The notes below the pieces were generated by a model that was not told the origin of the DNA, ran no database searches, and worked only from the letters and a program-made list of their open reading frames with translations. 64,000 bases of DNA from Andalucia godoyi And28 (Eukaryota > Protista > Jakobida): assembly GCA_009859145.1 (NCBI GenBank), contig VRVR01000034.1, positions 119,358-183,357 on the forward strand. Direction: 5' to 3'. Below are positions 9,955 through 19,819 of this stretch, one piece after another (position 1 is the first letter of the stretch; each line of letters begins with the position of its first letter). The translations under genes and the position numbers were made by a program.

Positions 9955-11955
9955 TTAGAGCGATCCATATCCACCGGAAGCACCAGACTGCGGCGCAGTC
10001 TGTGCAGCAGGGGCAGCAGATGCTCCCGAGTCGAACGTACCGTATGCGGCAGTTGATTTCGGCTTGCATCCATTGATGAGGAAGACGAATCCTTCCATCA
10101 CGAGTCCGTAGATCGATCCCCAGAATTCGTGGTTCGGGCAGGACTCGACACCGCGGGTGCCCTTCGCAAAGGTCTTGAAGAGGAATCCACCGCCAAAGTA
10201 GACTGCCGAAACAACGACAAGGATGATGATGAAGATCCAACCGCCAGAAAGACCCTTCTTGGCGCTGCCGCCATTATCCGAGCCATGGCCGACGCAGAAT
10301 CCAGCAGGACATCCAGCAAGCGACGAGACCACAAAGTGGTACGGGCCGCAATTGGACTCATATTCGTCAATGAACTGAATACGGCCAGAGAGATCCACCG
10401 ATGCATCGCAGTCGCACTTAAAGTCAATTTGAGACGTTCTGGGGATTCCGTGGCAGCCCACAAGGGTGTTGTACTGATCGCCATTGTAGATGTGCATCGA
10501 GATGCCGGCATTGGAGTTGGAGGTGTCGAGCAGAGTAAAGTTTGTCATCGCCGAGTGGGTTCCGCACTTTTTGCACTGTCCACCGGTGGCAATGGCCAAC
10601 TGCGCAACCGTCTCTGCGTAGATTCCACAACCATCCTTGATGATTCCGCATGGATTCAATCGGTACTTGAACTGCTTCGACGGCTGCGACGGGTCTGTTC
10701 CGTTTCGGATCTCGTAATAGTTTGCAGTGGCCACGGCATTGAGGTCATAGTACGATCCACCGAGAGTGGTCCTGCACCATGCAGGGTTCACAACGGGTGG
10801 CTGAGAGCATGCCTCGATGGGGCAGGCCGCCGCGGAAGACGCAGTAAACTCGTACGGGCCGCACTCTGCTTTCAATTCACCGGCAAACTTGAGGTTGTCG
10901 AGCATGGACGATCCCGAGCAGTCGCACGTGATGTTGATTCTCGACGATCGCTCCACTCCAGAGCATCCCGGAAGCGTGTTGTACGGGTCTCCATGCACAA
11001 TGCGCATGGAAACACCGGCCATTGCATTCGTCGGATCTAGCTGGGAAAGACGAGTGTCTCCGGAATGCGTTCCGCAGTCCTTGCACTGTCCACCAACGAC
11101 ACCGACAGGGAACTGTGCAACGGTCTCGTTCATGAAAGAGCACCCAGACTTCACGTATCCGCAGGGGTTCAATCGGTAGTCCATGCGAGGGGCTGCTGGG
11201 ACATCGGGCACCTGGTAGGCTCTGCCATCGGTGTATGCAATTGTGTTCAAATCATAGCGGTTACCATCTGCCGCGGTGAACTGGCACCATTCGGGTTGAG
11301 CAGTAGGGGTCACCGGGTTGAAGTTGCAGAAGCCAATGGGGCATGCTGCTTGCGAACGAGTGGCAAAGACATAGGGTCCGCAGGTGGATTCCGACTCGAA
11401 GAACACCGATCCCGAGAACAACGTGTTGGGCGCATAGCAGTCGCAGTGCAGCCGCACAAGCGTGTGTCGCGACCGGTTGGTGCAAGGCGCGGAGTTGTAC
11501 GTATCACCATGGTCATACTCGATGGTGAGTCCCAGTGTCGGGTTGATCGGGTCCAACAGCATAATGACTGCATCCTGGTCATAAGCCCCGAGCGATTTGC
11601 AGAGCGCGCCCTGTGCAACCGTAGCGTTGCGCTGCGTTGCAGACGTCGTCTTTCCGTTCGGGCACTGGGCACTCGCTGCAAGCGTTCCACACACTTCGAG
11701 TGTAAGATCGTATTTTGCAGGGTCGGTAGGCTTCACACTCCTCGTATACAGCGTCGTTCCAAGGCCATCCGCAGACTTTAACACCGAGAAGTCCCAGTTA
11801 TACGTCGCAGAAGCTGTCGTTGTCGTGTACGTGCACGGGGGGCTTCCCTGCGCACCACACAGTGCCGCAGCACACACCACCACTACAGCCACACAAGCGA
11901 CACTCGCCGAAAAAGACATAGAAGACACTCGCATCACGGACACACACTCACACAC
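9955..11955 (-). CDS. Mannose-6-phosphate-receptor-like type I membrane protein with three MRH domains
   Basis: Signal peptide; three Cys-rich repeats each ending R-x-(S/T/H)...C-x-C...E...CGPY-x-F; TM segment GLSGGWIFIIILVVVSAVYFGGGFLF; ATG27/CD-MPR-like tail GTRGVESCPNHEFW. True start may be the second or third Met. Confidence 0.8.
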   Translation of the reverse strand: MCECVSVMRVSSMSFSASVACVAVVVVCAAALCGAQGSPPCTYTTTTASATYNWDFSVLKSADGLGTTLYTRSVKPTDPAKYDLTLEVCGTLAASAQCPNGKTTSATQRNATVAQGALCKSLGAYDQDAVIMLLDPINPTLGLTIEYDHGDTYNSAPCTNRSRHTLVRLHCDCYAPNTLFSGSVFFESESTCGPYVFATRSQAACPIGFCNFNPVTPTAQPEWCQFTAADGNRYDLNTIAYTDGRAYQVPDVPAAPRMDYRLNPCGYVKSGCSFMNETVAQFPVGVVGGQCKDCGTHSGDTRLSQLDPTNAMAGVSMRIVHGDPYNTLPGCSGVERSSRINITCDCSGSSMLDNLKFAGELKAECGPYEFTASSAAACPIEACSQPPVVNPAWCRTTLGGSYYDLNAVATANYYEIRNGTDPSQPSKQFKYRLNPCGIIKDGCGIYAETVAQLAIATGGQCKKCGTHSAMTNFTLLDTSNSNAGISMHIYNGDQYNTLVGCHGIPRTSQIDFKCDCDASVDLSGRIQFIDEYESNCGPYHFVVSSLAGCPAGFCVGHGSDNGGSAKKGLSGGWIFIIILVVVSAVYFGGGFLFKTFAKGTRGVESCPNHEFWGSIYGLVMEGFVFLINGCKPKSTAAYGTFDSGASAAPAAQTAPQSGASGGYGSL

Positions 11956-12485
11956 ACACTCTCTCTCTCTCGCTCACTCTCTCTCTCTCTCACTCTCTCT
12001 CTCTCTCTCGCTCGCTCGCTCGCTCGCTCTCTTCAAAGAGAAGGGGGAAATGTTCCGAAAAACAGGAGAAGAAGCAGAAGAAAAAAGAAAAAAGTAAACA
12101 AATAAAAACCAAGTTTTAAAAAGGCAAACAACTAAAATAAAATAAAAATGAAAATGAAAAACAATATAGAAAAACAATATAAAGCGAAGAAGAGGTGCAC
12201 GAGAGAAGACGAGAAGGGACGGGACAAGGAGAAGAGGGTTTGGCCTTTAAAGGACTTTGGGGGAAGGGAAAGAAATGGAAGTGAACGCGAATACGGGAAG
12301 TTTTCCGATTTCAAAAGGGGGAAAAGACTTTGCAAATCGGACTTGGCGAGCGGTAAGCGGTAAGGGAAAAAAACTCCCATGGGAATTGTTGAATTCCCTT
12401 GTTGATGGGAGGTGACGTGTCATTTGACGCTTGATGCTTCTGCTTTTTTCCTCGGTGCGAGTACAGCAGATGTTGCGTGCAGTCT

Positions 12486-12526
<41 letters not shown>

Positions 12527-12556
12527 AGGCGAGGTTTGGTGCACGACGTCTTGCTT

Positions 12557-13111
12557 TTAATAGTGGATATCAAACGCTCCGAAATCGTGGGTAAAGTTTC
12601 CAAGACATTTAGAGCCGAGACAGAGGATGGTAGCATCGAGCCAGACGTCACCGGTGGCTTCCTTTTGCTGATAATTAATGTTCAAGTCCTGGAGTTCGAG
12701 ACAGAGAGAGAAGATATCCGCGGGGATGAATCCATGGATCTTGATGATTTCCTCCAGCAGTGCCTTGTAAGGAGCGAGCACAGGGATGAGCTCCGCAAGC
12801 TTCAAGAGCGTCATGTCGTCAACACACAAGTGGTTGGCGGCGATTTCCTCGTTGATGACGACGTTTCCACGGATGGAGAGTGTAATGTTCACAGACAAGG
12901 CTGCTGGATCTGCAATCACCGCAACACACGTCTCGCCAATCAGAGGTAGATCCGCACACTTTTGCCAAGACGGATCCGATCCAAGCGAGATCGACCGCTG
13001 TTGCTGCTGCTGCACAACCGCCGCAGGGACAAATGCTCGTGCATCAGAAACAGACAGCAGCGCACAGAATCCTACCACGACTGCCACTGCAAACAGAAAA
13101 ACACGCTTCAT
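12557..13111 (-). CDS. Secreted Cys-containing protein of unknown function
   Basis: Clear signal peptide MKRVFLFAVAVVVGFCALLSVSDA, a poly-Q stretch, then a roughly 145-aa domain with six Cys. Confidence 0.65.
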   Translation of the reverse strand: MKRVFLFAVAVVVGFCALLSVSDARAFVPAAVVQQQQQRSISLGSDPSWQKCADLPLIGETCVAVIADPAALSVNITLSIRGNVVINEEIAANHLCVDDMTLLKLAELIPVLAPYKALLEEIIKIHGFIPADIFSLCLELQDLNINYQQKEATGDVWLDATILCLGSKCLGNFTHDFGAFDIHY

Positions 13112-13614
13112 GTTTGCTCGCTTGATTAAGAGGGGGGGAGAGAGAGAAAATAGCAAAACTAAATTCAAAAAATAAACTAAAAATATTCTTCAACAATCAG
13201 AAAATCACGTGAAATGCGAGTATGTTTTACAACTACAACAAAATACCAAAACAAAAATAAAAAAGTAAAAAAGTGTATTGAAGAAACCATTATCGGAAGA
13301 TAAACAGCAAGAAATGGACGAGCGGATTGGCCTCGAGAAAGGGCAATGGCGTTGGAGGGAAATGGGCCGACGACTGGTGGACTGATGGCGTCGTAATCAA
13401 CCCAACTGACTTTTTTTTAATTGAGATTATTATTATTGTTATTTAATTTTTGGACGCAATAAAAAAAAGAAAAGAAAACAGCAAGGGAACGACAGAGTTA
13501 CGACTGCATATCTATTAAGTAAAAATAAATATATATGTATATACAAAAGGCGAGCGACAACCGGACAGCGTGCTGGTGGGGCGGTTTGGCTACAGATTTT
13601 TTGACCGAGCATGA

Positions 13615-14505
13615 TCAGGAACGCAGTTCGGCGGAAGAGCGAATGACATGACTTGCCTTTGCGATATCCATGACGATGCTTTCGAGAATGCCGAGATAGT
13701 GGTCGATTGCCAGCTTTCCCTTTTCTGCAGTTGCCAAGTAAGCCTCTCCGACGACCCCTGTGGGATTCAGGTCTTCGCTCATCCACGCGAACCGAGCCAA
13801 CGATCGTGCCTCGGCGGACAAGTACGTGAACTCGGCGACGTGTTGCTCGTCTTGGGAAGGGAAGTCACAGAGCTTGTCCATGCGTACGAGATCCGGTCTG
13901 AGGAACATCACCATGGACGTCTCAAGAGTCCCGCCGTGGATGCCATAGCAACCGTCTCGCTTCGACTCGATGTGCAGCTCGGCGTGTGGAAACCCAAGAA
14001 CAGTAGACTTGACGACCAGCATTCCGTGCCTCTGTCGCAGCTGCATCGCAGCAATCTCCATCACGGGCGGATTTCCTCCGTGGCAATTCAGAAACAGAAT
14101 CTTGCGGATTCCTGACGCCGCTACACACTCGCAAACAGCCATGATCTGGTCCACAACCGTGGTGTACGGCATCGCCAGCGTTCCTGCATACGACGAATGT
14201 TCGGGCGAAAACCCAATCGAGAGCGTCGGAAGCACCAGAATCCGCACACGACTCTCTTCGCTGGAGTCCAAGTTGTTATCTTTGTTGTCAGCGTCGCTGC
14301 GAGAGTTCGCCGAGTTTGCTGAATTGAGCCGTTGGACGAGTAGTCTCGCCAGACTCTCAGCCACCAGAGTGTCCGTGCACAGCGGCAAATGCGGACCATG
14401 CTGCTCGATTGCGCCCATTGGAAACACAGCAACCGTCGTTTCTGGATCAAACCGCGCAAAATCACACGTCGTCAACTCGGACCAGTACCCAGACAGGCCC
14501 TTCAT
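13615..14505 (-). CDS. Creatininase / creatinine amidohydrolase family protein
   Basis: Family metal-binding motifs GAIEQHGPHLPLCTD, GFSPEH, NCHGGN, HGGTLETS, and C-terminal LNPTGVVG...ATAEKG. Confidence 0.9.
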   Translation of the reverse strand: MKGLSGYWSELTTCDFARFDPETTVAVFPMGAIEQHGPHLPLCTDTLVAESLARLLVQRLNSANSANSRSDADNKDNNLDSSEESRVRILVLPTLSIGFSPEHSSYAGTLAMPYTTVVDQIMAVCECVAASGIRKILFLNCHGGNPPVMEIAAMQLRQRHGMLVVKSTVLGFPHAELHIESKRDGCYGIHGGTLETSMVMFLRPDLVRMDKLCDFPSQDEQHVAEFTYLSAEARSLARFAWMSEDLNPTGVVGEAYLATAEKGKLAIDHYLGILESIVMDIAKASHVIRSSAELRS

Positions 14506-15334
14506 TGTCTCCCTTCTCTACCTACGGCTATTCCCACAAACACGATGCTAGAGACTGCTCGTATTGGCTCCCCTCTTTGGAAATTTGAAAAGACGGAAGT
14601 GAAAAAGAAACGGAAAAACGAAAATGAATGAACAGGAAATGAAATTGAAATAGAAAATGAAATGACATCTCATGCGAAAAATGAAAGCGACATCCTTTGG
14701 GACTGGGGGGTGGTTAGGGAAACGCATTCTTCTCTCTCATTCATGATTTCTCCCTCCCTTGGAGCTGTGACAGTCCTGATGAGTCGGTGAGCTTCCTATT
14801 TTGGAGTTCACTGGTCACCACCGGCTGCCAAAGACTGCTTGTATGTCCAAGCAGACTCGAAGACCATCGGCCGCCCCCAGATCCCTTGCTCATCCCTGCC
14901 AAACACCCGTGCTACCCGGCCCTGGCTGGAAGAAGGAAACATAACCCAGTTCCTCCTCCATCACCACCACCGTCACCACCACACCAAAAGTACTCCCAAC
15001 TCCACAGTTTCCACGGCACGAGAAGAGCAGCCGGACTGACATACATATACGAAATAGTCGACACGGAACCTGGATCGCTTCACGAAAAGAAGAGGAAGGA
15101 AAATTCTCCTCTTGATCTACAAATATCGCGATGTCGGTGAAATTCACGCAGATTATCTGCGTGCAACACCAACGAAGAGGATACGCGGGGGGAACAGCTA
15201 TATTCGAGTGCGAGAGATTTCCTGGGACACGACATCCGCAGGAACATAAATAACACTGTAGACCGAATTCTCGGGAGACAGAATGCGTGTCTGGGAGTGT
15301 GTATGTGTGTGTGTGTGTGTGTGTGTGCAAAGGA

Positions 15335-15859
15335 CTATCGAAACGAGACGCGACTTGAAGGCGCAGAAAGCCGATGCTGCTGGTTTGCGGCTTGGATCTG
15401 GTCGGCTTTCGACGAAGCGGGCGAAGAGGAAAAGTTCGGTTTGACAGTTTTCATAATATCCACGAACCGCGCCTGCTGGTCAGACTCGAACTGGAGTCTT
15501 GTGACGCGTGGACGAAGCGAGGTGGGCGGCTCAAGGACGATTGCCTTGTAAAACATGGTGGACCACGTCGCATCGGACTCTTCGTACCAGAGTGCCAGTA
15601 CCTTGTCGCCGCGCTTGTAATTGTATGACGGGGGAGGAAACGGCAGCAGAAACCCTTCCGACACCACATACTCGTTCGCTGCACTCGCTGCGACAGCCGC
15701 GGCTGCATCGCTTGATCCTACCCCGGACTCGGGAACCTGGTCCGCAATCGCATACCGATTCCCACCGAGACTCCGCTTTACAACTCCAACTATCCACTCG
15801 CGCTTCTTCTTGCCTTCGTACGGCACAAACGCAGCAACCACAGACCCACTCACAAACAT
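15335..15859 (-). CDS. SGF29-like tandem Tudor domain protein
   Basis: VAAFV...EWIVGVV...RYAIAD (Tudor 1) and YKRGDKVLALW...TMFYKAIV...LQFESD (Tudor 2) follow the SGF29 pattern. Confidence 0.65.
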   Translation of the reverse strand: MFVSGSVVAAFVPYEGKKKREWIVGVVKRSLGGNRYAIADQVPESGVGSSDAAAAVAASAANEYVVSEGFLLPFPPPSYNYKRGDKVLALWYEESDATWSTMFYKAIVLEPPTSLRPRVTRLQFESDQQARFVDIMKTVKPNFSSSPASSKADQIQAANQQHRLSAPSSRVSFR

Positions 15860-16254
15860 CAGTCAATCAATCAATAAGCACACACGCGTATACATACACA
15901 TACACATATACATGCACATACACATGCATACGTAAAACGCAAACAAACAAGACAAACATTACGCAAGAAAACCACAAGCGTCGCCCAGCTCATCCCTTGG
16001 GGAATAGCCCTTCTTCTTAATGTGCAGTGGCTAACGTGCAATTTGAACCGCCCCTACAACTGCCCAAAATACAAAGTGCATCTTCCCCAAAAAAAACCCT
16101 AGCTGTTGTTGCGTTCTTCCTCTTTTTTGCATGGTCTTCGTTTTTTTGCTGCTCGTTTTCTCCTTTTTATTTATGTTTTTCTTTTTCTTTTTCGAGTGTT
16201 CTTTGGGTGAATTGTGTTTTTGGTTTCAAGAGAAAGATCAGTTGAATTCAGGAG

Positions 16255-16839
16255 ATGTTGTTTCGAGTAGTTCCGCGTGTTCGACTACTGTCGAGCGTTC
16301 CGTCAGCGTCAGCGACTCTGAACTGGAGCGGACTGTCGTCTGCGCTGCAGTCGAAGGAGTCCAAGGACGCGCTGTTTTCGCTTCGTCGGACCCTTGATGA
16401 TCTCGACAAGGAGCTCTCGTCTGTTCCAGAGACTCCCGAGACCGTGGACTTTGCAGCATGGCGTGCATCTCTCAGTGCTGCCTCGCATCCGGTGGTTGCG
16501 GCATATGCTTCTGCACTCTCTGCTGCATCTTCGCCGTCCGTTATGAAGCCGTTTGCAAACCCCCTTGCTGCCGATGCTCGCTCTGCCTTCCTTGCCCTCG
16601 AGGCTCAAGCTGCGGATGCTGCGCGCACCACAGAATCCACTCTCCGCTCGCTCCAAAACGACCTTGCTGCGCTCGATGCCCGTAGAAACCAGGCTAACAC
16701 CACCGTCGAAGAAGAACTTGCCAAGAACCCTGCTGTCGCCGCTGCCATCGCCAATGAAATCAACGACGACAACTGGACATATGGTGGAGCCGCGCCTGTT
16801 GACCCCCTCGCCAAGTCCCACGATAATCACCACCACTAG
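16255..16839 (+). CDS. ATP5PD: Mitochondrial ATP synthase subunit d
   Basis: Presequence MLFRVVPRVRLLSS, then LNWSGL, VPETPETVDFAAWRASL, and TVEEELAKNP...EINDDNW. Confidence 0.8.
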   Translation: MLFRVVPRVRLLSSVPSASATLNWSGLSSALQSKESKDALFSLRRTLDDLDKELSSVPETPETVDFAAWRASLSAASHPVVAAYASALSAASSPSVMKPFANPLAADARSAFLALEAQAADAARTTESTLRSLQNDLAALDARRNQANTTVEEELAKNPAVAAAIANEINDDNWTYGGAAPVDPLAKSHDNHHH

Positions 16840-17083
16840 TCGTCCGTCTGCGGATCGTTGGTAGAATCAGCGTCCATCAGCTCATGGAGGTACGCACACA
16901 TACACACACACTCTCTCTCTCTCTCTCTCTCTCTGCTCCTCCTCCTCTTTCTCCTTCTCTCGTTTTTTTCAGTGTTGGATAAATAAATAAGAAAATGAAT
17001 GAATGGGCGATTTGTGTTTATGGAGATGAGCGTGTTGTGTACAAAAATGGAGGGGAAAAAACCAATTAATCAGATGCGACGAC

Positions 17084-17434
17084 TTACGAGAGTTCGATGA
17101 GCCGGCGCGAGGAAGTATCGAAAGCAATGTGGAAGCGATGCAGTGCGCGGTTTGCACGTGTGAGAAAGGTGGCTGGGTGTGCAATGTGTTTCGTGAATGC
17201 GCCGACCGCGACGAATGCATACAGTGCGTATGCGGCGATGAGAGCAATAGCCGCGCACACAAGCGACGAGTAAGAATACGCAAGTCGGGCAAACAGCAAA
17301 CACAGAACCGATGTGCTCAGCACAGCTCCAATATAGAACCGCTTGTGACTCGACAGCGTCGCAAGTCGATATCGAACCACCTCCTCAAACAAGAACAAGT
17401 CGTCTCTCTGCTGCTCCGACTTTAATACTACCAT
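17084..17434 (-). CDS. Nuclear envelope phosphatase regulatory subunit (CNEP1R1/Spo7-like)
   Basis: 116 aa from MVVLKSEQ: DDLFLFEEVV, two TM helices, then KHIAHPATFLTRANRALHRFHIAFD, matching the TMEM188/Spo7 layout. Confidence 0.6.
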   Translation of the reverse strand: MVVLKSEQQRDDLFLFEEVVRYRLATLSSHKRFYIGAVLSTSVLCLLFARLAYSYSSLVCAAIALIAAYALYAFVAVGAFTKHIAHPATFLTRANRALHRFHIAFDTSSRRLIELS

Positions 17435-17789
17435 GATGATGACGATCCGTCGTGGATTTTTTTTTCTCCTGCCACTCCCTCTGTGTGTGTCTATATGTAT
17501 GTATGTATGTATGTATGTATCTGTGTGTGTGTGTGTGTGTGTGTGTAGTATGCGTAAGCGTATATCTGTCAGTCTATCTATGAGTGCATGTTCATCTGCC
17601 TGTCGTCGTCTCCATTCTTTCGTCTTGTTCTGCCTTTTGTTGTTCTTGTCTGACTTGGGGGCATTTCGAAGAAGCAAAGAACCCTGCGTGGGTTGATGCT
17701 GGAATGGTTGATGCTTCGACGTCCCAAAAAGAAAGGCAGCGGGCGTGGGTACGTGTTGGACTGCTGCTGGAGGCGTGAAGAAACGGGCT

Positions 17790-17965
17790 TTCCTTGAACA
17801 CTAAGCACGGCGAATCACTGCTCACCATCGATATACAGTCTTGCATCGGAACCCCAGTGTGAATTCCATTCAGAAGACGGGTAGGCCCCGACACGCTGAA
17901 AGGTTCGCGCATCATTCCAATCCCTCGATTTTGGACGTGCCGGACAGGACAGGGGACATCGGAAT
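17790..17965 (-). mobile_element. Copy D: degenerate 3' end of a Fanzor/TnpB element
   Basis: Translates FRCPLSCPARPKSRDWNDARTFQRVGAYP (decayed Zn-finger and RuvC-III DRDxNGARNI). Has GCGTGTCGGGGCCTAC, the hairpin and AGTGT in the same order as copies B and C. Confidence 0.7.
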
Positions 17966-18395
17966 GACGATGCGGGATGGCGTGAATGAAAAAAAATATA
18001 TGCCGAATAGAATAGCATTGTTTAGAATGTCTGGATGAGTGGGGTAAAGAGTGGATATCAAGATGAGAAATATATTGAAAACAAAATGTGACTTGCTTGT
18101 GTATGCAGTGCGACGGATGCAACGGTTGCCCCTCCGCCGAACGACGCAGGGCGGAAGAAGGATGCGAACCACCGTTTCCATTCAACCACTCGTGCAGCGC
18201 ACAAATAGAACTGCGCCAGGAACCGGCAACAAACGAATGACAAGAAGAAGAAGAAACCGGTACTTGAAATCCAGTCCACTTACATTCGAAAACCGTTCTT
18301 CATAAATTTGATTGTACTCGTACTTGTTACTTCCCATCTCGTTCTGTCTGTTCTGCATTTTACGCACACAAAGGGCAGATAGTATGCAGGTAAAG

Positions 18396-18550
<155 letters not shown>

Positions 18551-18559
18551 ATTCAGCAA

Positions 18560-19501
18560 ATGCTAACGATGATGCTGATGCTGGAAATGAAAGAGGCGGA
18601 ACTGGAGACGGTGTGGGGACCGATATTCCCGCAGCCGACGTGGACATGGGCACTCATGATTATGACGAGTCTGTCGCTATTCTCGATGGTTCTGAGCATC
18701 TGGGCACAGTGGTTCTCGTATTTTTGGGAACCGATCACGACAGACGGAGCGGTTCTGCAGCGAAACAATCGTCCAACGCACGCGGCTGTGCTAAGCTGGG
18801 CGGGAAACCACTCGTGCTCGGGTATCCTGACGTACTTTGCCTGGACGTATGCATGCACCCACGACATGTTCTATGAAATGGACGTTACAAGCATGGGGGT
18901 CCAGCAGCTTGGTGTTTATGTTCTCATTGTGTTTGGCCATGCGCTCAGCCAGCTCATGATGTACGACCTCCAAGTGTACATCATCCACAAGGTGTCGCAC
19001 AAGTCGAGACTTCTCTACCGGCTAGTCCACGCCTGGCACCATGAAAACTCGCTGCCTTGCGGATTCCTCGACGGGATCTATGGCGATGCATTCGAAGGAT
19101 CGCTTATTTCCGTATTTGCATTGTGGCCGATGTGTGTGTTTCGATTCACATCGTCAGGGACTGCTTTGTACGTCATGTACATTGCAATTACGGTCCAGCT
19201 CAATCACTCCGGCCGGAAAGTCGAGATTCCCTGGCTCTTCTACACGGCCCGCATGCACTTCTACCACCACCAACGCCGGATCGTCAACTATGCAGAGCAC
19301 TTGCCCATCTGGGACTGGCTCTTTGGAACGTTGTACCTCCCGACGGACTACGAGATCGTCGGAGCATCCACGGCAAACAAAGTCCGCAGCAGAATATACG
19401 AATCATCAGGCGCCGCGGTCATCGATCCCCAAGCCAACATCACGATCCTTGCGGCTGCCAAAACGACCGGTTCACAACCCATGGCACAAGCTGCATCCTA
19501 A
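18560..19501 (+). CDS. Fatty acid hydroxylase / sterol desaturase superfamily protein; 5' structure uncertain
   Basis: His boxes HKVSH, HAWHH, NHSG and HFYHH, plus NYAEHLPIWDWLFGT. Possible upstream donor GTAAAG at 18390 with a (CA)n-filled intron. Confidence 0.85.
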   Translation: MLTMMLMLEMKEAELETVWGPIFPQPTWTWALMIMTSLSLFSMVLSIWAQWFSYFWEPITTDGAVLQRNNRPTHAAVLSWAGNHSCSGILTYFAWTYACTHDMFYEMDVTSMGVQQLGVYVLIVFGHALSQLMMYDLQVYIIHKVSHKSRLLYRLVHAWHHENSLPCGFLDGIYGDAFEGSLISVFALWPMCVFRFTSSGTALYVMYIAITVQLNHSGRKVEIPWLFYTARMHFYHHQRRIVNYAEHLPIWDWLFGTLYLPTDYEIVGASTANKVRSRIYESSGAAVIDPQANITILAAAKTTGSQPMAQAAS

Positions 19502-19643
19502 CACCCCCCTCCCGGGGGGGCCCACACAACAGTTCTCGACTGAAAACACATTCGCATTCGCACCTGTCGTTAGCGTTCTTCTGCCATCATCCCCGAGTTG
19601 TGTAGTGAATGTCAAAAAAGAGAAGACAAACGCCAAGAAAGGA

Positions 19644-19697
19644 GAAGAAGAAGAAGAAGAAGAAGAAGAAGAAGAAGAAGAAGAAGAAGAAGAAGAA
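19644..19697. repeat. (GAA)n microsatellite
   Basis: Read directly; lies between convergent genes. Confidence 0.95.
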
Positions 19698-19819
19698 AGG
19701 GCTGCGTCCAAGGAGCACGATTATGTCAATGAGGAAACGACTCCTAATGTAAAGAAATTGCATGAAATATGCAAGCTCAAACACAGCCCAACACACAATG
19801 CAGCATCAGAAAGCCCAGT

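Noticed and set aside
14776-14800. CTGATGAG as a hammerhead ribozyme core
   Set aside because: No stem II followed by GAAA at the required spacing.
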